DNA of 63,868 bases, the filler included, from Octopus bimaculoides (Eukaryota): assembly GCF_001194135.2 (NCBI RefSeq). It is 5 parts of 5 records of this genome, joined end to end, with 100 filler letters (N's around TTAATTAATTAA, not from the genome) between each part and the next. Parts side by side here need not be neighbours in the genome. Positions count along the whole stretch, not along the records: positions 1 to 15,980 come from NC_069004.1; positions 16,081 to 39,558 come from NC_068986.1; 3 more parts are not named here. One strand, given 5' to 3'. Position 1 is the first letter of the stretch, and every line of letters starts with the position of its first letter. Positions 10,800 through 22,973 of the stretch are shown here, in pieces. The notes beneath the pieces are model-generated. The model searched no databases and had not been told where the DNA came from. It was given only the letters and a program-made list of their open reading frames with translations. A program made the translations under genes and the position numbers.

Positions 10800-11830
10800 A
10801 ACTACAATCAGAGACAATCCAGATGTGACCATCTCATATATTTTCCCTATATGTAAGCGAAAGAATCCACGACCGAATTCTTCAAGTTACATGTCCTTTT
10901 ACTGTGACATAAGACGATTTTTTTGGCTGCCGTTTCTAGCGTCTCGAGTGTCCTCCTACAGGTTCCCTTGTTAACTTGGCTGCATTTAATTGTTCTTAGA
11001 CCAATGATCAAAGATGTGTTCCCACCGTGACCATCTCCTTTATACTGTCTTTTCTTAACAGTTATTTACAACTGTAGTAGTAGTAGTAGTAGTAGTAGTT
11101 CGTGTTTAACAAACTCCCCTTCACAGACAGTTCTGATTACCCCGACCTGTGATGAAAGGCGCTTTAGTTATGACCTTCTCGTCTTTTATTCAACCATAGT
11201 GCATGTGTATCTAGGACTACATTATTCAATGTGTCCTTTTATTTATTATTTTTTTTTGTGACGATAAATGAAATTTGGCTGTTATTTTAACCACTTCAGA
11301 TGACCACGTAGAAGGCTCCCTGTTGTCCAATGGTTTAACATGATCGATGTTGTTGTTGTTGTTGCTGTTTAACCCTCGGTCAATCCTGATCAAGCAAACT
11401 TATGATCAAAGACATTCCATATTTGGGCGGAGGTAAAGAATACGCACGCCACCCGTTTTCGGCGTAACCCTAAACCCTAATCCTAAAACTAACCCTGACC
11501 CTAAACCCTAACCCTAAACACCGGGTGTGCATATTCTTTACCTTCGTCCCATATTTGACCATCCTGTACTTTTAGTAGCATCTGAAGATTTAACTGTTAT
11601 GTCTAGCATTCGAGCGCCCATATACCGATCCACCATTTTGACAGGTCGTTTAGCCCTAGGCCATTGCGTGACCCAGTAGACCTATAATTAGAGACAATCC
11701 AGTTTTGGTCATCCTGTATATATATATATTTCAGACTAATCAAGAAACCTGTATCTAAAGTGTAGTTCCTTTTATTTTCAATTTGATACTATTTAACGGG
11801 AGATTTGGCTGCTATTTCTAAAAGATGAAG
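10800..11830 (+). repeat. Cluster of ~5 degenerate copies of a short gatcaaagacattcca...tgaccatc module in PGM1 intron 1
   Basis: Related motifs at ~10803, ~10997, ~11140, ~11395 and ~11680. Confidence 0.6.
11425..11550. mobile_element. 126-bp TIR element with telomere-like (TAACCC) loop and 6-bp TSD
   Basis: TIR gggcggaggtaaagaatacgcac / gtgcatattctttaccttcgtccc. ATATTT at 11419-11424 and 11551-11556. Confidence 0.8.
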
Positions 11831-12058
11831 CCCGATTTATACCAGGAATTTTCAATTTCACTCTCATTGTGGGCCACTTGCCGATTATTAGCGATTATTT
11901 CCGATTATTAACGATTGTTTGTTTACATTTTACTACTTCAAATATATTTGGTGGTCTTTGAATAAATGGCTGTAAATATGTGTGTACTTATATATGTGTG
12001 TGTATGCATGCGTGTATATGTATGTATATATGTGTGTATGCGTGTGTGTATGTGTATT

Positions 12059-12113
<55 letters not shown>

Positions 12114-12689
12114 NNNNNNNNNNNNNNNNNNNNNNNNNNNNNNNNNNNNNNNNNNNNNNNNNNNNNNNNNNNNNNNNNNNNNNNNNNNNNNNNNNNNNNN
12201 NNNNNNNNNNNNNNNNNNNNNNNNNNNNNNNNNNNNNNNNNNNNNNNNNNNNNNNNNNNNNNNNNNNNNNNNNNNNNNNNNNNNNNNNNNNNNNNNNNNN
12301 NNNNNNNNNNNNNNNNNNNNNNNNNNNNNNNNNNNNNNNNNNNNNNNNNNNNNNNNNNNNNNNNNNNNNNNNNNNNNNNNNNNNNNNNNNNNNNNNNNNN
12401 NNNNNNNNNNNNNNNNNNNNNNNNNNNNNNNNNNNNNNNNNNNNNNNNNNNNNNNNNNNNNNNNNNNNNNNNNNNNNNNNNNNNNNNNNNNNNNNNNNNN
12501 NNNNNNNNNNNNNNNNNNNNNNNNNNNNNNNNNNNNNNNNNNNNNNNNNNNNNNNNNNNNNNNNNNNNNNNNNNNNNNNNNNNNNNNNNNNNNNNNNNNN
12601 NNNNNNNNNNNNNNNNNNNNNNNNNNNNNNNNNNNNNNNNNNNNNNNNNNNATATATATATATATATATATAAGTATAAATATGTGTGT

Positions 12690-12915
12690 GTGTGCGTGTG
12701 TATGTTTGTATGTCTGTGTTTGCCCACCCCCATCCCCCACCATCACTTGACAACCAATGTTGGTGTGTTTACGTGTCCGTAACTTAACGGTTCGGCCAAA
12801 GATGCCGGCGGAATAAGACGTAGGCTTACAAAGAATAAGTCCTGGGGTCGATTTGCTCAACTGAAGGCATTGCACCAGCGTGTCCACAGTCAAATGACTG
12901 AAACAAATAAAAGAA
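12690..12915 (+). mobile_element. SINE family C 3' part
   Basis: cacttgacaaccaatgttggtgtgtttacgt...cagtcaaatgactgaaacaaataaaagaata. Confidence 0.85.
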
Positions 12916-12992
12916 TATATACATAGTCAATTTGAGGATGTTAAATCCACATTAGGGATTAAGTATTCCAAAAAATGTTGCTGGTTAATCAC

Positions 12993-13298
12993 TGTCGGTT
13001 ATGATGATGAGGGCTCCAGTTGATCCAATCAACGGAACAGCCTGCTCGTGAAATTAATGTGCAAGTGGCTGAGCACTCCACAGACACATGTACCCTTAAT
13101 GTAGTTCTCGGGGAGATTCAGTGCGACACAGAATGTGATATGGCTGGCTCTTTGAAATACAGATACAATTCATTTTAGCCAGCTGAGTGGACTGGAGCAA
13201 TGTAAAATAAAGTGTCTTGCTCAAGGATACAAGTCACCAGGAATTTATGACTTTACAGTCATGAGCCAAATACTCTAACCACTAAGCCATGCGCCTTC
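12993..13298 (-). mobile_element. tRNA-derived SINE, family B (family-A-like 3' half, different centre)
   Basis: Shares the gcacgttaatttcacgagcaggctgttccgttga 3' half. The head reads gaaggcgcatggcttagtggttagag on the minus strand. Confidence 0.8.
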
Positions 13299-14684
13299 AT
13301 AGATGTAATACACTGGTCAGATAAAGAGTTAAAACAATACATGAGGAGAAGGGGAGATAATCTCAAATATCTCATTCTCCAAAGTAGGACGCTTGATGTA
13401 CAAATGATGCCTACTGGAGTCGAAACACATGTCCATAGCTGTCTTCTTCTTTCCAATCAAAGACAATCCAACTGTCTTTTTATTCTCAGGATTATCTCCC
13501 CTTCTCATTGGAAGTTGATTGCAATTGCCACTAGACATTTGTTTAGTCTTCCCCGAAAGGGAAAATAATTTCAACAGATCAAGTATTTAAAGCAACTCTA
13601 TTAAGTTTTGTTACATGTATTTATTCTACTGGCCACCCTGAGTTATTTCCCTTAGCTCATGTTCAGTGGGCTTCTTTCAGTTTCAATCTGACAAATCCAC
13701 TCACAAGACTTTGGCATATGTGTCATCCCTACACATTTTTTCTCCATTATTTTCCCTTTCAATTCTTTCTACACATTTTCTCTCCATTTTTTTCGTTCTC
13801 TTTCCATCTTTTTTACCGTTCAATTCTTTCTGTAAAAGAGCATAGGCTCGAAGCATCAAAGACTTTTCCATTCTCCCCGAGCGTTAAACTAATACACCTG
13901 CTTGTTGTTCGCTCACTTGTCTTCGTCTTTAGTTTTCTGCAAATTTGAACCCCCCCCACACACACACACACACACGTGGTGTGTATGTGTGTATAAACAT
14001 ATATGCAAACATCTTTGAACTTATAATATGCTCAAGAAGTTGGTGGGTGGGCATGTGTTTTGGCATTCGTTCCAACTGTGTCAATCTTGTCGGAAATTTG
14101 GGACGCAGGAACTGTTCGTGGATGTGGGCGCACGCTTGCGGCTGTATGCACATTGAATGCAAAATCAAGGTTAAGAAATTGGGTTACAGTTATCATATTG
14201 TTCTACTTTGCTACTCAAAAAGGTATTAAATGTTGCTGTTGAGAAATGATAACTGAAGTCTAAAAATAATGTCTGATAATTTATTCATAACCATTAACTC
14301 ATTCGTTTCGATTTACTCGCGCTAGCCACGTCTATTTTTGTATATTACCAGCTTCATTTTTCTTTGATTATCAATTTTGTACTTTCTATGACACTCGAGT
14401 TAAAATGTCCCTTATGTTATGAAATGTATTTAACAGGCGTGGCGAAGACAGTATTAGAAATAAATATTATCAATGTCTCCCATTTTTAAGCATTAAAAGC
14501 TCCACGTTGCTTCACATCGGTGATCAGACGAAAACCGGTGTTTAAAACGTGATGTGGACCCTTTTCTTTTCATCCTACCAAGAATTGATCACGCATACCT
14601 TCACGAGTCTGCACCCCCCCCCCCAACCATCACCACCTCCGATTTTGTTTTCTCTCCGAGCTTTTGCATTGTACTTGTTGCAGT

Positions 14685-15120
14685 CATTGGACAGCGACCA
14701 TACGGGGGCACCGCCTTGAAGGGGTTTCAGTCGAACGGATCAACCCATATATTTATTTGTTTTAAGCCTGATACTTATTCTGTTGGTCATTTTTACCGAG
14801 CCGCCTAGATACGGGGACGTAAACAAACCAGCACCGGTTGTCAAGCGGTGATGGAGATGGGGAACAGGTATAAAGCCACATATATATGTTTGGAACTTTT
14901 AGGAAAATAGAGCTTTTTTATTGAAATTTTATAGAATTACCTTANNNNNNNNNNGGGGGCACCGCCTTGAAGGGGTTTCAGTCGAACGGATCAACCCATA
15001 TATTTATTTGTTTTAAGCCTGATACTTATTCTGTTGGTCATTTTTACCGAGCCGCCTAGATACGGGGACGTAAACAAACCAGCACCGGTTGTCAAGCGGT
15101 GATGGAGATGGGGAACAGGT
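14685..15120 (-). mobile_element. SINE family C 3' part, present twice either side of a 10-N gap
   Basis: 14706-14895 is repeated at 14955-15145. Confidence 0.8.
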
Positions 15121-15144
15121 ATAAAGCCACATATATATGTTTGG

Positions 15145-15980
15145 AACTTTTAGGAAAATGGGATTTTTTTTTCAATAAAATTATATAGAATTACCTTACA
15201 AACGGTATACATTACGATTATAAAAAAATTTGTGGGGAAAATTTTTTTCAAGGGGGTGGCGAGGGGACTTCGGAAAATTCAAAAGATCCAAGCTTTTCTC
15301 TTGTAATTTTTAGGAAAATAGAGCTTTTTTATTGAAATTTTATAGAATTACCTTACAAACAGTATACATTACGATTATAAAGAAATTTGTGGGGAAAACT
15401 CTTTTCCAAGAGGGTGGCGAGGGGACTTCGAAAAATTCAAAAGATCCAAGCTTTTCTCTTGTAACTTTTAGGAAAATAGAGTGTTTTTTAAATGAAATTT
15501 TACAGAAATACCTTACAAACGGCATACATTACGATTATAAAGAAATTTGTGGGGGAAATCTTTTCCAAGAGGGTGGCGAGGGGACTTCGGCAAATTCAAA
15601 AGATCCAAGCTTTTCTCTTGTAACTTTTAGGAAAATAGAGGCTTTTTTTAATGAAATTTTATAGAAATACCTTACAAATGGCATACATTAAGATTATAAA
15701 GAAATTTGTGGGGAAAATCTTTTCCAAGAGGGTGGCGAGGGGACTTCGGAAAACTCAAAAGATCCAAGCTTTTCTCTTGTAACTTTTAGGAAAATAGAGT
15801 TTTTTTCTTTGATGAAATTTTATAGAAATACCTTACAAATGGCATACATTACGATTATAAAAGAATTTGTGGGGAAAACTCTTTTCCAAGAGGGTGGCGA
15901 GGGGACTTCGGAAAATTCAAAAGATCCAAGCTTTTCTCTTGTAACCTTTAGGAAAATAGAGTGTTTTTTAAATGAAATTT
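15145..15980. repeat. Tandem satellite, ~159-bp unit, at least 5 copies, truncated by a scaffold join
   Basis: The marker GATCCAAGCTTTTCTC recurs at 15285, 15443, 15602, 15761 and 15923 (spacings 158, 159, 159, 162). Confidence 0.95.
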
Positions 15981-16080
15981 NNNNNNNNNNNNNNNNNNNN
16001 NNNNNNNNNNNNNNNNNNNNNNNNTTAATTAATTAANNNNNNNNNNNNNNNNNNNNNNNNNNNNNNNNNNNNNNNNNNNN
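15981..16080. other. Artificial scaffold linker (44 N + TTAATTAATTAA + 44 N)
   Basis: An identical 100-bp construct recurs at 39559, 44885 and 61648. The 12-mer gives stops in all six frames. Confidence 0.92.
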
Positions 16081-16114
<34 letters not shown>

Positions 16115-16380
16115 AGGTGCATGTGCCTAGCTATGGGTCTATGCTACTATGGTTCTATGTTAAAACTGTAAAGGAAAATAAACACAACCCTGACTGTGCG
16201 TGAAACAAAATAAAGAAGAAAGAGAAACTAAGAGAGTGTGAAAGAATATAACAGAGAGCAATATAGAGAGGACGGGTGGAAGGAAGGAAGGGAGGAAACT
16301 GGCTTAAATTATTAGAATAAAAAGGCAGAAAGTGTGTATGTGTGTGTGTTATTTATTTCTGTTTAATACTTGTCTAATGG

Positions 16381-16584
16381 TGGAGGCGCAATGGCCCAGT
16401 GGTTAGGGCAGCGGCGGACTCGCGGTCATAGGATCGCGGTTTCGATGAATATTCCCGAGAACTACGTTAAGGGTACACGTGTCTGTGGAGTGCTCAGCCA
16501 CTTGCACGTTAATTTCACGAGCAGGCTGTTCCGTTGATTGGTTCAACTGCAACCCTCCACGTCGTAAGCGACGGAGTGCCAACA
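16381..16584 (+). mobile_element. Internally deleted family A SINE with 13-bp TSD
   Basis: ACTTGTCTAATGG at 16368-16380 and 16585-16597. The B-box is joined directly to the 3' domain (ttcgat|gaatatt). Confidence 0.92.
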
Positions 16585-16769
16585 ACTTGTCTAATGGCAA
16601 TTATTTTCTGTGTGTGTGCACGCGACTGTCTGTGTGCATGCGTGAGAATGCTGACGTTTCTCCGTAGATATTTTATCCTGAACAATGTATGGTATGTCAG
16701 TGTGTCTATACAAAATTCTTGTATGCAAGATTTATTGAGAAACTACCCTAGCGTGGTGAATAAGACAGG

Positions 16770-17300
16770 CGAATGACGTCCGCTCCTATTTACCACCAAG
16801 TACTCGGTTCGATCTTTATATGCGAATACCCCTACAACAGATTTAGATGCGAACATGGCTCTGTAACTAAGAACCACCCTTTAACAACGGAGTTTTGCGC
16901 ATTTTGTAAACTGTCTTCAAATATAGTCCCGCCAGCGAATTTTTTTTTTCTCACGAGAGTCCCGGACCCCAGTAATGAACTGATTTGTATACAGCCAATC
17001 AGAGCTCACCTTCACCTTGCTGTGAAGTTAACAAAGGTTGGCATTCAAAATGGCGACCTCCCATTGCCATGCGAATCTTGTATTGTGCTCTCATTCAGAT
17101 GCCAATATCATCGATACTGAACACATGCGCTTGTTAGCGGTAGGTTCGAATTAATTTAGCAATCAACGATAAAGTTTTGGACGAATATGAAAGCACGGAA
17201 ACTGTTTGAAGGTTTTATAAATACACATTGATTAGCTGTATGCAAATGAGTTCATAACTGAGGTCCGAATCTCTGGTGGAAAAAAAATTTCGCGTCCCGG
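16770..17300 (+). promoter_or_regulatory. Housekeeping-type promoter-like region
   Basis: CRE-like TGACGTC 16774-16780, NF-Y-type AGCCAATCAG 16993-17002, YY1-type CAAAATGGCGAC 17046-17057, E2F-like TTTCGCG ~17288, elevated CpG and a donor-like G|GTAGGT at 17140. Confidence 0.45.
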
Positions 17301-17588
17301 ACCGACGACTTGCCTTGTGAGTGGATTTGGTAAATGGATACTGAAAGAAGCCTGTCGTTTATATTTAACATTTTTCATAGGCCGTTCTATTTCTATTTTG
17401 TTCGATTATACCTTCTGTGATTTTATGTATATGTATTTATTTTTTATGTGTTTGTGAACCATGGTGATTTTTATATATGATTTGAGGGGTGGTGTTGTAT
17501 GTAAAGTCGTTGACCCAAATTTAATGTTTGTACTATAATCACTGCTTCTTTACACATACAAACATACATACGTACATACATACATCCA

Positions 17589-17637
<49 letters not shown>

Positions 17638-18852
17638 NNNNNNNNNNNNNNNNNNNNNNNNNNNNNNNNNNNNNNNNNNNNNNNNNNNNNNNNNNNNNNN
17701 NNNNNNNNNNNNNNNNNNNNNNNNNNNNNNNNNNNNNNNNNNNNNNNNNNNNNNNNNNNNNNNNNNNNNNNNNNNNNNNNNNNNNNNNNNNNNNNNNNNN
17801 NNNNNNNNNNNNNNNNNNNNNNNNNNNNNNNNNNNNNNNNNNNNNNNNNNNNNNNNNNNNNNNNNNNNNNNNNNNNNNNNNNNNNNNNNNNNNNNNNNNN
17901 NNNNNNNNNNNNNNNNNNNNNNNNNNNNNNNNNNNNNNNNNNNNNNNNNNNNNNNNNNNNNNNNNNNNNNNNNNNNNNNNNNNNNNNNNNNNNNNNNNNN
18001 NNNNNNNNNNNNNNNNNNNNNNNNNNNNNNNNNNNNNNNNNNNNNNNNNNNNNNNNNNNNNNNNNNNNNNNNNNNNNNNNNNNNNNNNNNNNNNNNNNNN
18101 NNNNNNNNNNNNNNNNNNNNNNNNNNNNNNNNNNNNNNNNNNNNNNNNNNNNNNNNNNNNNNNNNNNNNNNNNNNNNNNNNNNNNNAGGATATGTGTATG
18201 TTTGTGAGTACATGTGTAGTTGTTAGTTGGAATGTTTGCGACGTAGAAAGAAGAGAAGGAGAGACGGGAAATATAATTAAAAGACACTTAATAACAACAA
18301 ACTAATAATGCGGAACGGTTGTGGTAGAAACAAAGATAAAAATTAAAAAAAAAATGAAATAAAATAAATAGCAAAACTGTGTGATACAATTACAAATAAA
18401 ATAGTAAAACATAGTGCTGAGAGCCTTTAGATATGCAGAGCGTGCAGACATATAGAATTATCCACTAACTGAGACAGAAAGAAAACAACAGGAAACCAAC
18501 TTGATGCGCACAGACATCAAAACCACCGCAAGGTAGGGACCTTGTGTATATATGTACATGTGTGTGTGTGTGTGTATGTATCTCTCTGTCTCTCTGTCTC
18601 TCTGTCTCTCTGTCTCTCTGTCTCTCTGTCTCTCTGTCTCTATCTATCTATCTATATATATATATATATATAATTATAAATAAAGGTATGTTGACGTAAG
18701 AAGTGACGTAAGAAATGCACAGTCGTAACTACAATATTCAGACGAAATTTCACAGAGAAAACAAAATATAAAAGAAAAGGAACAAACGAAAGAAAAAAAA
18801 CGTTGCGAAAGAAACGAATTTGTCATCTGGCTAGTATTAAACACTATCATAT

Positions 18853-19262
18853 CGACATTGTCGTCATCATCATCATCGTCATCATCATCATCGTCATCAT
18901 CGTCATCATCGTCATCGTCATTATCATCATCTTCGTCGTCGTCGTCATCATCATCGTAATCATCGTCATCATCATCGTCATCATCATCGTCATCATCATC
19001 GTCATCATCGTCATCATCGTCATCATCGTCATCATCATTGTCAACGTCATCATCATCGTCGTCATCATCATCATCATCGTCGTCATCATAATCGTCATCA
19101 TCATAATCATCATCGTTATCATCGTCATCATCGTCATCATCTTCATCATCATCGTGATCATCATCGTCGTCGTCATTATCATCGTCGTCGTCATCAGCAT
19201 CATCGTCGTCATCATCGTCATCATCGTCATCATCATAATCATCATCGTCGTTTCCGTCATCG

Positions 19263-19295
<33 letters not shown>

Positions 19296-19310
19296 CCGTC
19301 AACACCAACA
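18853..19310. repeat. Degenerate (CAT/CGT)n trinucleotide tract
   Basis: Direct inspection. It explains the I/V- and M/T-rich ORFs in the track. Confidence 0.95.
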
Positions 19311-20934
19311 ACAACCCCAACAACCGTGTTTTGAATGGGTCACTCAATAGGCACAATCTCGGATAGTCGGTTAACAAACGCACACACCTCATTGCGTATG
19401 CAGTTAACTAAGGCATCAGCTATAGTTAGGTGCTCAAGTACTAGAATCTGAATATACCTTTCGCAGAAAAAATATCAGGAACCGCATGGACAAGTGCAAT
19501 TAACAAATGAAAGGAAAATCAGACCAGAATCTCTGAGTTTATCAAAGATGGGTCAATTCAGCACAAGAAGTTTAAAAAGGGACAAAACGATTCCAGCATT
19601 AAACTACGTGTTTTTCCGATGTGTTTGCTGCTGGAATAATAGGATTTCCTCGCTTCTTTCATCGTGCTCGGGTGCACGCTCCGAAACACGAATTAACGAA
19701 TGCCGTTCGATCAATGCCGGTAATGGGATTGTAGCGTAGGGGTGAACCCAGACTTTGATCTTTTATTATTGATCATTCTGGATGCATGCTAGGAAATTCC
19801 ACGTAGCCGTGTGCAGGTTCCCAACGGTTTGTTGCTCGATGTTTTGCGGAGAACCACAAAAACGAAGCGGTTCATTTTGCTCCTTACTTGGAGGGTAAGA
19901 CGTGACCCTAACGCAAAGAAAACCAATCATACTTTAGGCTAATCGCCGGGACAATTTGCTCTGATCAGCAAATTTATGGTTATATCCGATATATGTCTAC
20001 TGCTGTATTGGCAGCTGTCTGTTGCATTTGGCAAAATTGTGTGACCCAAGGATTTGGTGCAGTGATGAAGGAGAACTTAAACAAGGGCAAGAGATACAAA
20101 AAAAAATTGTGATTAACAAACCTGCATAACTTGTTATAAAAGACGCCATGTTGTCACATGACACACTTCGTATAAATTCCATGCATTAAGGTTAATACTA
20201 CAGTCAACAAGGAATCTTCGATAAGATACGTGATGCGCTTATTTTATTCAAACTGTTAAACGATCGAATTCATTTATTAGTTAATAACACTATCTTTTTA
20301 TGTTTTCCTATTCTTAATCTACAGAAAGTATTTCTTCATTAGAGGAATTAGGCCTTTAACTTGAATGGTTATTATTATTAAACATTGACATTTTATGCAT
20401 AGTACTAATAATAGCTTTCCTACTTGTACGGACATTTCTACTTTATTCCTATTTTATTTATATTATTTAAATAGTAGGATATGTTATTTGAATTTATAAA
20501 GACCTGAAGAATGACTTCATTCTGAGTAGAATTTATCTTGATCGATTTATTGTGAATTGTACAAATTTTTGCTGCTATTATTTGGCCACGAAACGCGCGT
20601 AGTCTACAATTTACTCACTTCCTTTTTTTATCAACTTACTAAACTGAATTAAATTTTTAATATGATGTTTTATAGACTTTTATGGATTATAAACTTTTCT
20701 TNNNNNNNNNNNNNNNNNNNNNNNNNNNNNNNNNNNNNNNNNNNNNNNNNNNNNNNNNNNNNNNNNNNNNNNNNNNNNNNNNNNNNNNNNNNNNNNNNNN
20801 NNNNNNNNNNNNNNNNNNNNNNNNNNNNNNNNNNNNNNNNNNNNNNNNNNNNNATACATACATACATACATACATACATACATACACATATATGTTAATA
20901 TGTATATATACATATTCGTGTTCGTACACAGAGA

Positions 20935-20979
<45 letters not shown>

Positions 20980-21714
20980 ATAATAACACACACGCACATA
21001 TATACACGTTATTTGTGGCTTTAACAAAACTGTCGTTGTTTTTATGTAAAAAAAATATGTATCTACAGTTTTCAAGCCTAACACGCGAAACAGTTCATAC
21101 GCGTCTCCATTTGGACGACAAATGGAGATCAGTACCAGCGTTCCGATGTGGCAGGTTTGAAGATTTTAAAGAGATTCTTCTCTACATGAAACCATTGATT
21201 GCTTTTGTCACCTCTAAAGAAAGAACATATATTCACCAAAACGGTGTGGAGTACACATTTTCACTATTCGATATTAGCGTGTATATATATTGTATATATA
21301 TATTCCTGTGTGGCGTATTTGGTTTATATATGTGTATAATACATACGTATACATTTATATACAAATGTTGTAAATATATATGCGTATATCTAAGTGTGAA
21401 ACATATATTAACTTACCTATTAGCGTAAATGTTTACATATACGTTAGACAAAATCGTTTCGACAAGGTCAGATCATAAGAAAACAGGGAGCTATGAATCT
21501 CTATTTCTGAAACGATGTCTATATAAACACACATTTGTTGTTGCTGCGGTTCTTTTTGTCGATTTAGTCACAATGTTCACCCAGCTTCGTTTTACAACTG
21601 TTTGTTCAGTCGGTCTTTTTCTCGTTTTGAGTTAACCGACATATCTTATCTTATCAAGCTTCTTACTGTCACTCAGCCATCGTCTGCCTGACGTCATTGG
21701 TTACCTCTTTCTAA

Positions 21715-21860
21715 TCATCATCATCATCATCATCATAGTTATCATCATCATCGTGGTCGTCGTCATCATCATTATGGTCGCCGTCGTCGTCATCATCATC
21801 ATCACTATCATCATCATCATCATCATCACTATCATCATCATCATCATCATCATCATCACT

Positions 21861-21907
<47 letters not shown>

Positions 21908-21908
21908 A
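21715..21908. repeat. (CAT)n tract
   Basis: Direct inspection. Confidence 0.95.
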
Positions 21909-21959
21909 TATGGCGATTTAAAAGAAGAAACGCCGTACAAGATCAACTGGAAACTGCTG

Positions 21960-22205
21960 TAAATTGATAGTATGTCGTCAACTTAAAGTGACAGTCACAT
22001 GAAATGGAAGAAGGCCACTGTAATTTAGCCCTAGGAAATACTGTTTCCTGTTGGACTTGACATATTTCCTGTGTCCTTTTTTTAAATTGAACACAGGAAA
22101 TGTGTCAAGTCCAACAAGAAACTATGTTTACTGGAGCTAAATAACACTAGCATTCTTCTCTTTCATGGGACTGTCACATTACGTTGACAACATACCATCA
22201 CTTTA
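21960..22205. mobile_element. ~246-bp foldback / MITE-like palindrome
   Basis: The left arm (tgatagtatgtcgtcaac...ttggacttgacatatttcctgtgt) pairs with the right arm (acacaggaaatgtgtcaagtccaa...gttgacaacataccatca) around a ~17-nt loop. Confidence 0.85.
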
Positions 22206-22830
22206 TCGTGCTGCTACTGCATAAGTCTCTCTGAGAGATTTAGAAATATATTATTTCTGGAAACTGCTGGTTCGACATATAACATATATGAGTGGGAGTA
22301 AGTAGTACAAAATTTACTTGGCCGAGAGGAGAATAATCCTTAAAAAATTCCCACGATCCGGATACGTTTTTGAATTCATAAACAGAGATTTTTTTCAGTG
22401 TCCTCATGATAGAAAATTGACTTTGAAAACATGTTTTTTCCCTTTTTTGGACTAGAGAACCTAAAATTTGTACGAGGGCACAGTTTGGCCCCTCTGGCCG
22501 CTGGTAGTTTTGAGGAATGACTTCTATTCGCAATGTAAATAATAACAGGCAGTGTCTTTGCTAGTTTACTCATTTTCTTGATTTAGTCATTAGACTGTGT
22601 CGATGGCCGGCCACTGTCTTGAAGGGTTTTGTCGAGCAAATCGACCATAGCACATATTTTGTATGCTTGCACCATATTCCGCCCGACTCAGTTGCCAAAA
22701 GCGTTAAGTTACGGTAATGTAAAAAAATGCTATCACCAGTTGTCATTCGGTGATAAGAGACAAATACAAGCATAAAGCACACATGCACACAAACACACAT
22801 TCACACATGCACAATCAGACACACAAAGAC

Positions 22831-22868
<38 letters not shown>

Positions 22869-22899
22869 NNNNNNNNNNNNNNNNNNNNNNNNNNNNNNN

Positions 22900-22973
<74 letters not shown>

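Noticed and set aside
16025-16036. TTAATTAATTAA islands inside N runs (four times)
   Set aside because: Identical 44N-12-44N geometry and six-frame stops indicate an assembly linker, not biology.
15332-16036. 53-aa repeat ORFs in the 159-bp array
   Set aside because: Units switch frame through indels and contain stops, as expected for a non-coding satellite.
18803-19392. Long I/V-rich and M/T-rich ORFs, and an antisense poly-Asp frame resembling acidic shell proteins
   Set aside because: They arise from a (CAT/CGT)n tract. The poly-Asp frame has no start or acceptor, and GAT/GAC variation is equally explained by CpG decay.
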